In this document: piece after piece, positions 1 through 10,507 of the stretch
Layout of the letters: each line of letters opens with the position of its first letter
How positions within the stretch are numbered: position 1 is the first letter of the stretch
Origin: Octopus sinensis
Taxonomy: Eukaryota
DNA: 64,000 bases
Assembly (NCBI RefSeq): GCF_006345805.1
Contig: NC_042999.1
Location: forward strand, 68,324,001 to 68,388,000
Direction: 5' to 3'
Program-made: the position numbers and the translations under genes
Notes under the pieces: model-generated
Seen by the model: the letters and a program-made list of their open reading frames with translations, nothing else
What the model was told of the DNA's origin: nothing
The model's database searches: none

Positions 1-123
1 TCCCAGATTTTAAGGGCAGAGGACATTTGCCCAATAGGACATGTGAAGGGATCAAACCCAGAATTTGAGGAGCAAATCTAAATTGGAAATGATTTTGCAG
101 ACAATGAAAGCAGTGTGACTCAC

Positions 124-221
124 TTTAGGCATTGGTCTATGAAGATCCAGGAACACATCGATATCACAGCCTCTAACACCAAATCCATTAACCGAAGATC
201 CAAAGAGACTAACAGAACAAC
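124..221 (-). CDS. TUT1: TUT1-like exon: nucleotidyltransferase catalytic motif
   Basis: ttctag acceptor, AAA|gtgagt donor. (G)CSVSLFGSSVNGFGVRGCDIDVFLDLHRPMPK is the pol-beta FGSS..GCDxD motif of TUT1/MTPAP. The upstream ZnF + RRM favour TUT1 over MTPAP. Confidence 0.85.
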
Positions 222-344
222 CTAGAAATATATAACAAAGTAGAAATAAAAAGCTTAAGTTAGATAATAATAAAAAAAATAATAAAAACAACAAAAGCAA
301 TTTCATTATTTTAAAATATTAACAAAGGACATTATTCCTTCCAA

Positions 345-760
345 CAGGCATGGCTGTGTGGTAAGAAGTTTGCTCACAAACTACATGGTTTGCAGTTCAC
401 TTCCACTGCATGGCACCTTGGACAAATGTCTTCTACTATAACCTCAGACCAGACCAACTAAAGCCTTGTGAGTGGATGTGGCAGATAGAAACTCAAAGAT
501 ACCCAACAAGTGTGTGCGTATTCAGATACATGCATGTTACTGTCTCTTTGGTTTTATGCTACATGTTAGCATGATGGTTGTAAAAGAATGTAGTACCAAG
601 TTAGCAATGTTCTATGTTACCAATCTTCTGTGATAACATGTCTGGTCATGAGCAAATATTACCTAGCACGCAGGCAGGTAAAGGTTGGTGACAGGAGGAG
701 CATCCAGCCATAGAAAACTCTGCCTAAATGAATTGTCTGATTTATGTGAGCATATGTTCC
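345..760 (+). mobile_element. tRNA-derived CORE-like SINE (family B), decayed
   Basis: TGGCTGTGTGGTAAG A box, degenerate B box, CACCTTGGACAAATG CORE-like segment; matches other copies in the window. Confidence 0.7.
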
Positions 761-1377
761 CCGTTCGTCTACACGCTGGGGCCACCAGCGACAGGCCTGT
801 GCCAGTTGCCGGGAGCTCTGCCACACTACCGTGCCTGCAATCGTAAGAACAAACCAAAACTTGCGGTCTCGCCCACGTACATGTGGACATAGCCGCAACT
901 GATGCCAGCAGTCGCAAGATCCACGCAGTCGATACTGTGATGTGGTCCAACCCGTAAATTCACGTAAAACTACAGTGCCGCCCGCAGTGGCCGCCGCCTT
1001 CCGTTCCCCACTCGCCTAAGCGCCGGGGCCGCCAGTGGCAAGCCTGCGCTAGTCGCTCCACCGCGCTACCATACCTGCAATCGTAAGAATGGGGGGAAAA
1101 AAATTAATAGTTTCTTCTCACAAAGAGACTAAAATTATGAAATGAAATGAAATAAAAACTGACAAGATAATTTAGAATTGTCTTTTTAAAGTTTAGCCAG
1201 AAGGGAAGGCAGTATCTGCGATCTTTTACAGGGATTCCAACATTTGGGGGAAGAAGAAAGCAAGAAGGGTTCAACTTATTTATTTATCTGCTACAAGGTG
1301 GTAATTAGAAGTTTACATGAAGAAAAACAGAAAATACAAAATGGAAATTTTCTTCTAAATTAGTCAACAAAAATGGG

Positions 1378-1802
1378 CACAGGTATGGCTGTGTGGTTAC
1401 CAAAGCTTGCTTTGTTAATCACATGGTTCTGGGTTCAGTCCCATTGTACAGCACCTTGGGCAAGTATCTTCTACTACAACTTTGGACTGACCAATGTCAT
1501 GTGAGTGAATCTGGTGAACAGAAGCTGTGTGGAAGCCTGTCATAAGTTTTATTTTTTTACTAGCATCCATGTTCCATGCTGTGTGTATGTGCATACGTCT
1601 TTGTGCCACCACTTGACAACAGGTGTTAGTTTGTTTACATCCCTGTAACTTAGCAGTTCAGCAAAAGAGACAGATAGAGTAAGTACCAATCTTAAAAAAT
1701 AAGAACTAAAGTCGATCTGATTGACTAAAGCCCATCAAAGCAGGTCAGCAGCATGGCTGCTGTCCAATGACTGAAGCAATCACAAGATAGAAGCTAAAAG
1801 AT
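1378..1802 (+). mobile_element. SINE family B
   Basis: A box, GGGTTCAGTCCC B box, CCTTGGGCAAGT core and shared 3' tail. Confidence 0.8.
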
Positions 1803-1905
1803 GAAAATATAAAATTTCTCATATTTTTTAAAAAAAAAAAAAAAAAGGAAACTCCTAGAAAATCTTCTTTTGCGTTTTTAAATTAGTTTTAGATTAATTT
1901 ATTAC

Positions 1906-2020
1906 CAGGAAAATAAGGATTCAAAATATTGCGGAAAAGCTTGCAAAATTCATCTCTCTTCTGCAGTTCTTTATCTGTCAATCGTAGCTGTTTGAATAGA
2001 AGCATGATTTGTTCATCGAC
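1906..2020 (-). CDS. TUT1: TUT1-like exon: helix preceding the NTase core
   Basis: cag acceptor, G|gtaat donor. VDEQIMLLFKQLRLTDKELQKRDEFCKLFRNILNPYFP(G); 115 nt, phase 0/1. Too short for the ORF track, found by reading. Confidence 0.8.
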
Positions 2021-2369
2021 CTGCACATAAAAAAGAAATTAGCTATGATTACAAAAATATTCCCTCACAGATGTTGGCAACATTATAAATTGTAAAAGTT
2101 GAGGGTATTCTCAGAGATAGTGAAATGGGAGGAAAAAAAGTCTTATGTTGGAATCTATGTTGTCTTTCTTACTTTACAAGGTATATAAAATACCGGAATA
2201 GGATGACTGGGCACAGATGATTTGGTAAGGGCCCAGAGAGAGAAAAATAAAGACAATATACTGAAATGAGGAAAAAAAAAAGTTAAAATATTGAATTATC
2301 TCCCTTTACGCAACAAAAGTACATTGCAATGAAAATGTTTTCAAATTTTCACACAACGTCAGCAATTTT

Positions 2370-2860
2370 GGGGAGGGGGGGAGTAAGCCGATTACACTGT
2401 CCCCAGTGCTCAACTGGTACTTATAAAGACAGACTAAATGCCACTAACGTCCAGTGTGCCAATGGTTCTGCCAGTTTGCTGCCTTAACAAAAAGCAATAA
2501 AAATAAAGGTTTCAAATTTTGGTACAATTTTGTTTAACTGGTACTAATTTTATTGGCTCCAAAAGGATGAAAGGCGAAGTTGGCCATGGTGAAATTTGAG
2601 CACAGAACGAAAAGACAGACGAAATACCTATTTCTTTATTACCCACAAGGGGCTAAACACAGAGGGGACAAACAAGGACAGACATAAGTATTAAGTCGAT
2701 TACATCGAAACCAGTGTGTAACTGGTACTTAATTTATCGACCCCGAAAGGATGAAAGGCAAAGTCGACCTCGGCGGAATCTGAACTCACAACGTAACGCA
2801 GACGAAATACCGCTAAGCATTTCGCCTGGCGTCTAACGTTTCTGCTAGCTTGCCGTTAAG
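2370..2860 (-). mobile_element. SINE family A (Meta-domain-like), multimeric
   Basis: Reverse complement of GGCG..GAGCTGGCAGAAACGTTAG head and GTCGACTTTGCCTTTCATCCTTTCGGGGTCGATAAA core; internal re-entry junction at 2627/2628. Confidence 0.8.
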
Positions 2861-3239
2861 TATTTCGCCTGGTATGCTAGTGATTTTGTATACCCCTGGT
2901 TGTGTTTTTGCAACACAAAACCTGCTCCTGCTTGTTTGGACATGAACTAACCGGGAAGCACCCGACTGAGCATACGAAACATTCAGTAGGTAGTCAACAC
3001 CCGTAGCTAGCAGTTGCATACTGTCCTCCTCTTCCAGATTGTGAAGGCTTACCATAACACTTAATCTAATAACAGTGAAATTTTTTTATGGGCATATATA
3101 GGTTAATAATAACGGCCTTATGCTTCAACAATAATAATAATGGCTTCTAATTTAAGCACAAGTCCAGCCATTTTGTGGGAAAAGATTAGCTGATACCATT
3201 GACCCCATTACTTGACTGGTACTTAGTCTTAATTTTATT

Positions 3240-4065
3240 CATCTGGCACGTAAAAAGCACCCACTACACTCTTGGAGTGGTTGGCGTTAGGAAGGGCATC
3301 CAGCTGTAGAAACTCTGCCAGATCAAGATTGGAGCCTGGTGCGGCTGTCTGGTTCGCCAGCCCTCAGTCAAAATCGTCCAACCCATGCTAGCATGGAAGG
3401 CAGACGTTAAACGATGATGATGAAAGGATGCAAGACGAAGTTGACCTTGGCAGGATTTGGATCCAGAATGTAAAGAACCAAACAAATACTGCAAAGCATT
3501 CTTCCAGTGCTCTCAAAGCTCTGCCAATCATTCCACTAGTTTTAATAACGATGAGGTAGAATTTGAACTCAGAACGTCAAAGTGGACAAAATACTGCAAA
3601 GCATTTTATCTGGTGTGCTAACGATCTTGCCAGCTGGCCACCTTAATAATAATAGTTTCATATTTTGACAGAAGGTCAGCAATTTTCAGAGTGGGGAGTG
3701 GGGGCAAGTTGATTACATTGGCCCCAGTGTTGCACTGGTACTTATTTTTTTGACCCTGAAAGGATGAAAGACAAAGTCAATCTCAGTAGAATCTGAACTT
3801 AGAACATAGAGGCAGACAAAAAGCTGCCAAACATTGCTTGGCATGCTAACGAGCCTATCAGCTTGCTGCCTTTTTAAAATTTTGGCAGAAATCTCAGAAA
3901 TTTTGGAAGAGAAGGCATTTGAATTACATCAACCCCAGTACACAACTAGAACTCATTTTATTGGTCCCAAAAGGATGAAAGGCAAAGCCAACCTCAGCGG
4001 AATTGGAACTCAAAATGAGGACAATTTGACATGCAGACAATTTGGTCAACTTGCTGCCTTAATAA
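3240..4065. mobile_element. Cluster of one SINE family C copy and decayed family A copies
   Basis: GGTTGGCGTTAGGAAGGGCATCCAGC...(GAT)n copy at about 3240-3422, then several CpG-decayed family A fragments. Confidence 0.7.
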
Positions 4066-4077
4066 AAATAATAATAA

Positions 4078-4424
4078 CGAGCACTCAGAGAACACAAACC
4101 TCTGCCAAGGCAACACCAATGTCCTCTCAACGATTAGCCAGAAGAAAATTTGAAATAAACTTGGCTGCTCTCACAAGCGAGAATACTAAATATGAACCCA
4201 ACTGCTCTCAAAAAATTAAGTAAAAAAAAAAAGCCAGAAAAATAATCCCGAATCCTTGCCTGGTACCAGATCGATCCCAAAATCTAATCAGTTCATGCCA
4301 GTCATGAGGCTAAACATCCCTGAAAGTTTCATCCAAAACCATCAAGCAGTTCTTGAGATATCTTGTCCACAGACAAACAAACACGACTGAAAACAATACC
4401 TCCACCTATGCTAAGGCAGAGGTA
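4078..4424 (+). mobile_element. Non-autonomous element, Helentron/HINE-like
   Basis: 5' AACCTCTGCC inverted to 3' GGCAGAGGTA, 3' terminal hairpin, (ACAA)n before it; second copy at about 20695-21030. Family name is inference. Confidence 0.5.
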
Positions 4425-4444
4425 GTAATAATAATAATACTTAC

Positions 4445-4711
4445 AGTGATTTTCTCCAAAATTTCTTTCTGAAGATTTGCAATGATGTCTTTGACATGAA
4501 CCTGTTCAAGCGGCTGAATATGTTTACCCCTCTTCTTCAGTGGTGAGACTTTACGCTGGCCAGACTGACCGGGCCGATAGGGGAGTTGAGCATTAAATTT
4601 CATTCTTTTCGGTTGTACACGGATGAAATGCTTACCAAAACAATGTTGTTTATATCTTAAAACATGCGAAGCAACAGCCAGATTTTCAAATTTAACAAAT
4701 GCAAATGGACC
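4445..4711 (-). CDS. TUT1: TUT1-like exon: RRM RNP1 and linker
   Basis: T-rich tract + caaag acceptor, ACT|gtaagt donor. 267 nt open, GPFAFVKFENLAVASHVLRYKQHCFGKHFIRVQPK...ILEKIT; RNP1-like FAFVKF. Phase 0/0. Confidence 0.8.
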
Positions 4712-4914
4712 CTTTGAAACAAAAAAAAAAATAAATAAAAACAAAACATTAAACTTTTTTACACACACACACACACAAAGGGATAATTCAAATCAACTGA
4801 GTACTCCACAGCTATCCTTAACCTTTGCCCGTCCAAAACATTTTAATAAGTGGATTCTAAATATCCAGGATTCTTGTCCTGTGCATCACATATAATGTAC
4901 TACATATATACATA

Positions 4915-5442
4915 TCTATATATATAAAACTGTAGTTGTGTGAGTGTCTGTCCCCTTCTATTTAGATTCCTAACTACTCCCACATTTTGCGGTGCAGTTT
5001 AACCAAATTCGGGTATCTTATAGTCGTGATTCATATCGAGCCCGTCTGGCTATTAGCACGCGTCTACAATGAGTCTACGATTTTAAAAATAATTTAACAT
5101 CATTTTTTATTCCATTTTAATGCATAATTTTTCGTGTGTCGATGGCGGCGGAGTTGGCGTCCACGCTCACGCCTGCACCTGTTTGCTTCTCCCCCTTCTT
5201 CTCTCCCTCGTGAAGCTGTGGGGAAGGGAGTGTAAGGAAATCAACGTCGTAAAGCGTTGTCAAGGAGACCAGCGTTTTTTTAGAACGACTTCATGGCTTG
5301 AAGACACTGAGTCAACGATTTAAAAAAAAAATTATCATCATTTTTTATTCCATTTTTAATGCATTTTTTTGCTATAACTCTCTAAAAATGCTTATATAGT
5401 TATTTCCCTTACAAACCCGAGCAACGCCGAGCGATACTGCTA

Positions 5443-5443
<1 letters not shown>
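4915..5443 (+). mobile_element. Non-autonomous Helitron
   Basis: Starts TC (after A), ends CTAG (before T), degenerate GC-rich subterminal hairpin cccgagcaacgccgagcg, no TSD. Confidence 0.8.
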
Positions 5444-5494
<51 letters not shown>

Positions 5495-5641
5495 AACAGA
5501 AAAGAGATGACAAAGAAATAAACAATTATCATATGAAGTTCATTAGCTTACAGCTGTTTCCACTATAAGATGTAGTGGACTTATAGTTGACTGTCTAAGT
5601 AACACCTTATAGTTTCAAACGAAATATATATATATATATAT

Positions 5642-6100
5642 AATTTCCAATTAATAAAAAAAGGGTAAAATTAATTAATTAATTAATCAATCAATTAATT
5701 AATAATTTTACCAGGTAGATCAGTACATCAAAATAACCTTTATAGGTAAAATTATACAAATATTCTATAATTATAAACATAATTATAATTAGGGGTCAGC
5801 TAATTGCTTCATCACATACCAAATTTAGAAATAAGAGTTAAAAATTCCTTTTCTACTACAATAAGTATCTCCCAGACAGTAACACACTTTTTTACGTAGG
5901 CAAAGAGAAAAACAATGCATCAACACAACTCTGATTAGCCACAGACGCGTTTCGAAATCAAAGTGTTTTAATTACTTGCTTCTCTCTTCAGTGTAGGAGT
6001 GTTACTGTCGTGGAGATTCTTACAGTAGTAGAAAAGGAATTTTTAACTCCTATTTCTAAATTCGGTATTTGGTGAAGCAATTAGCTGACCCCAAATTATA
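5642..6100. mobile_element. Penelope-like terminal repeat (pLTR) with inverted partial copy, between (TA)n tracts
   Basis: 5781-5888 is inverted at about 5999-6098; contains the hammerhead; third copy at 6782-6925. Confidence 0.55.
5939..5996 (-). ncRNA. Type I hammerhead ribozyme motif (canonical core, GUC site)
   Basis: CTACA-CTGAAGA-GAGA..TTTC-GAAA-CGCGTC-TGTGG. Helix I CTACA/TGTGG; palindromic helix III ACGCGT. Confidence 0.7.
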
Positions 6101-6315
6101 TATATATATATATATATTCTTTTATGTACACTTTTTTATGTACATTCCTTTATGTACACTGATTTGTTCTGCTTTTTATATTTAACCCCACAGTCTCTTA
6201 TGTGGTGGTTTAATAAAGTTTGTGATTGAGTATTATCTGGTAATTGATATTTGATTTAGATGTATTTCTCCATTTTCTTAACTTGTATTTATATATATAT
6301 ATATATTTATATATA

Positions 6316-6487
6316 ACGGGAAGCTTTATGAAAATAAACAAAAGACGAAGGCAGGTGGAATACAAACAAACAATTGTATTAGTATGGCACTCAGGAATAT
6401 AAATAAAATAAGTCTTTTACGTTTCGAGCCTACGCTCTTCAACAGAAAGATACACAGAAAAGAAACACGGAGAGAAACAAGGAGAGA

Positions 6488-6500
<13 letters not shown>
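6316..6500 (-). mobile_element. Solo Penelope-like terminal repeat with hammerhead-like motif (6413-6450)
   Basis: Near-identical to 34230-34418 of the GIY-YIG element; flanked by (TA)n on both sides. Confidence 0.75.
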
Positions 6501-6549
<49 letters not shown>

Positions 6550-6552
6550 ATA

Positions 6553-6782
6553 TATTTTTCTTTATTGCCCACAAGGGGCCAAACATAGAGGGACAAACAA
6601 GGACAGACAAAGGGATCAAGTCGGTTACATCAACCCCAGTGCGTAACTGGTACTTTATTTATCGACCCCGAAAGGATGAAAGGCAAAATCGACCTCAGTG
6701 GAATTTGAACTCAGAATGTAACGGCAGATGAAATACTGCTCAGAATTTCGCCCGACGTGATAACAGTTCTGCCAGCTCACCG
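6553..6782 (-). mobile_element. SINE family A, full length
   Basis: Complete head-core-tail match to other copies. Confidence 0.85.
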
Positions 6783-7985
6783 TCTGTGGCTAATCGGAGT
6801 CGTGTTGATTCACTGTTTTTCTCTTTGCCTACATAAAAAAGTGTGTTACTGTCTGGGAGATTCCTATGGTTGTAGAAAAGGAATTTTTAACTCTTATTTC
6901 TAAATTTGGTATGTGGTGAAGCAATATATATATTGGGATTGTGGGTTTTTTTTTTTGCCAAATAAACACATGCACTATATATATTTTTTCTTCACTCATT
7001 TATTATTGTTCTAGTGTTATCATTTCATCTCGTGTCCAATGTCTGGAATGGACAGGAGTTAAAATAATAAAATATAATAATAATAATAATAAAAAAAAAA
7101 GAACTAATAAGCAAGCGAAGAAAAAATAGATAGTGCGTGTGTTTATTTGGGAAAAAAAAAAATGGACATTAAACAATGATGATGTTGATTTAACTATAAA
7201 AATACAGAGGGCGTTTTATATACACTTCAAATGGCTATGGAGGTCCAGTAGGGTGACACAGGAATCAAAGGTGTCCATGGGTAAAAAGTGGTTGAGAACC
7301 ACAGCCCTAGGTAAATATTATATCCTGTCACAGGTTAGTATTATGCAGCAGAGGTTAAATCAATGTGTTCACACGACATATTTTGCGAGACTACCAAAAC
7401 GCTCTCCCCGACTACTACCGACCACTACTCTTTATAAGAGTTCGGCTAGTCCATTCTTCCAATCCGCCAGGGGTGTTAATGACTCTCACCACAACACAAT
7501 CCCTTTGAGATTGATTTCCGTTGGAAGTTAATATTATTTTTATTTATTTATCTTTCTTTCATCACATCTCCCTTTTTGAGATTTTCCTCCAAGGGAAGTT
7601 TAATATTTCTTTCAATTAGGCAGTACTTCCATGCTAAATAACTTTCCTTTGATTTCGTACCCCAAAAAAATTGGAACGTCCTATGCAAGCTTCGAATATC
7701 TCGTTGCCACCTTTATATCCTGCCACAGATTGGCACATATAAATTATGCAGCAGAGCTTAAATCAATGTGCACACATGGTGTACTTCGTAAGACCTCCAA
7801 AATGCTCTCCCCAACCAACCACTACTCTTTATAAGAGTTCGGCCAGTCCATTCTTCAATCTGCCAGGGATGTCAATGACTCTTGCCACAACAGCAATAAA
7901 CTACCATGTAAAATGGGATTCTAGTTTCATGTAAAGCAAAAATATGACAATAATTTGATGCAGAATTTGAGTGGTTGATCCAGTG

Positions 7986-8399
7986 GGATCTTTTCAGTTT
8001 GAACAGCAGTTTTTAACATAATTTCTAGGTAACTAAAAAAAATTTTAAACTTCGTATACTGGTAGAATGTGTTTATAAAACATCTTTTTCTCTTGGCTTT
8101 ATTGAGAAAATTCTATAGTTTGTAAGATATTTGTTGTTGTTTTTCTTCAATTTCTGCAATTTCAACCAATCACTGACGTCTATTGAGGTAAAAACATTCT
8201 GTGCCATATGAATATGTCCCTCGTTTAAGAAACAGATTGGGTTTATTTACATTTGTGAAGAAAAAAAAAGATACCCTTCCCCCCAACCCTAACCCTAAAA
8301 CAGATTGAAATGCAATAGATCGATACTAGGGTCATAATTATGGGTGACAATTTCATATGACACCGCTAGAAAAAACTGCCGTTTAAACCGAAAAGATCC
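7986..8399. mobile_element. MITE with GGATCTTTTC..TTTGAAC.GCAGTTTT TIRs and 8-bp TSD (Merlin-like?)
   Basis: About 28-bp TIR; flanks atccagtg/gtccagtg; same family at 37189-37597 and 38939-39356. Confidence 0.8.
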
Positions 8400-8490
8400 G
8401 TCCAGTGTTCCAGATGTCCCTGTTGTACCCTTGAATCAAAACAGGATAGAAAAATAAAAGGCAATGAAGAAATGATGGTAACGTGCTCAC

Positions 8491-8690
8491 CCATGAGTTA
8501 TTCTGATCAACATATGTAACATCAACAACTTTACCAAACTGCATGAAATAGTTGTACAATGCATCTTTGCCAACGTTTCGAGAAAAGCCTGTCACATGAA
8601 CACTGTGGGCTGCTTCCAGTAAGCAAGAATGAAAAGCTTCAGCTCGATTCAAGTGTTTCTCACTTGTTTTGTGTGCCTTCAAAGCTGCTT
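8491..8690 (-). CDS. TUT1: TUT1/Star-PAP-like exon: zinc-finger C-terminal half (H-x5-H) and RRM N-terminus
   Basis: Long pyrimidine tract + ctacag acceptor, TGG|gtgagc donor. Encodes (E)AALKAHKTSEKHLNRAEAFHSCLLEAAHSVHVTGFSRNVGKDALYNYFMQFGKVVDVTYVDQNNSW. Ends in phase 0, matching the next exon. Confidence 0.8.
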
Positions 8691-8847
8691 CTGTAGAAAG
8701 AAAAGAAAAAAAATGTTGAAATAAAAATACACACACACACAAGAACAGCTTACCTATAACAACATTACTCTAAACTCTTTTTATTTTCTTTTTTTCTATA
8801 TGAAAAGGGGAATCTTTCCCAAAATATTATCAGATGATTATAAAACC

Positions 8848-8977
8848 AGGAGTGGCTGTGTTTCCCGGGTTCAGTCCCACTGTGTGGCACCTTGGGCAAG
8901 TGTCTTCTACCATAGCCTCGGGCCAACCAAAGCCTTGTGAGTGGATATGGTAGACAGAAACTGAAAGAAGCCCATCG

Positions 8978-9008
<31 letters not shown>

Positions 9009-9212
9009 GTGTGTGTATGTTTGCCCCCCCCCCCAACATCGCTTGACAACCGATGGTGGTGTGTTTACGTCCCCGTAACTTAGCGGTTCGGCAAAAGAGA
9101 CCGACAGAATAAGTACTAGGCTTACAAAGAATAAGTCCTGGGGTCGATTTGCTCAACTAAAGGCAGTGCTCCAGCATGGCCACAGTCAAATGACTGAAAC
9201 AAGTAAAAGAGA
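8848..9212 (+). mobile_element. SINE family B
   Basis: Head with short deletion, core, internal microsatellite, conserved tail ...CAAATGACTGAAACAAGTAAAAGAG. Confidence 0.85.
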
Positions 9213-9704
9213 GTAAAGTAATACAATATTTTTCTCTTTGTTTTCCTTCACTGACATCACCTTACATATTTTTTTTTATACAACGTCTCACCTGCATTCC
9301 TCAAAGGATTTTTTTCAAACATTTATATAATTCATTCACATTGAAAAGCTTCAAGCTCGTCACACTACTCTTTCACAAATACAAGAGGCAGTGAAAGTAA
9401 AACAGACTCGAAGATAGGAAGGCGGAAGAGGCAGAATTAGACAGAGACAGGTGAGTAGCCACTTAGAAGACTGATTGGAGAAAATTATTAGAGAGATACA
9501 TGTACTAAGAACTGCAATGTTTATATCCATCATGGGGTAATTAAAAAAGGACTAATTCTTCTCCATGAAGTGCCAAACTACATGTGTCACATATGACTCT
9601 ACAGAAAATGAACAAAATGGGCTGCAAAACCCCACCTCACCCTATTTACTATCCAGACTGCTTTTCATCTCATTCCTTTCTCAAGCATCTCAGTAACTTT
9701 CTAC

Positions 9705-10245
9705 CAGCATCGCCTTACTGGCACCCGTGCCGGTGGCATCTGTAAAAGATTCGAGCGAGGTCGTTGCCAGTGTCGCCTGACTGGCCCCGTGCCACCGGCA
9801 CGTAAAAGCAACCACTACACTCTCGGAGTGGTTGGCGTTAGGAAGGGCATCCAGCTGTAGAAACTCTGCCAGATCAAGATTGAAGCCTGGTGCAGCCGTC
9901 TGGTTCGCCAGCCCTCAGTCATACGTCCAACCCATGCTAGCATGGAAAGCGGACGTTAAACCATGAATGAACCAAAAGTCAGCTCAAGACATTATCATTA
10001 TCGTCATTTAACGTCTGCTTTCCATGCAGATATGTGTTGGACAGTTTGACTGAGGACTGGTAAGCCAGAAGGCTGCACCAGGCTCCAATCTGATTTGGCA
10101 AGGTTTCTACAGCTGGATGCCCTCCCTAACGATTACCACTCAGAGTGTAGTGGGTGCTTTTTATGTGCCACTGGCAGAGAAGCCAGTCAAGTGGCACTGG
10201 CGTCAACTATGCTAGAATGGTGATTTTTACATGCCACTGGCATCG
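9705..10245. mobile_element. Two SINE family C copies, tail-to-tail (9705-9962 +, about 9991-10245 -)
   Basis: Shared GGTTGGCGTTAGGAAGGGCATCCAGCTGTAGAAA block in opposite orientations. Confidence 0.8.
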
Positions 10246-10365
10246 ACCAAAGAATTCATTGGTTCAAGAACCCCAAGTTCTATGCTACCACAATAAATAG
10301 ACTTAATCTTATATAAGTAATTAGCATGAAATAGTGACGAGAAATAGACAAACTTTATGTTGGTT

Positions 10366-10507
10366 CAGTGGTTCCCAACCTGTGAGCCACAATGGTAGTT
10401 CTAGGGTCCATGAACATGTTAAGCTGATATTTCAATATCCTGGGACCCGTGGGAAAACTCATTTAAATAAAAGGGGTCCTTGGTAGTGAAAAGATTGGGA
10501 ACCACTG
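10366..10507. mobile_element. Short hAT-like MITE
   Basis: CAGTGGTTCCCAA / TTGGGAACCACTG TIRs; TSD not preserved. Confidence 0.55.
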
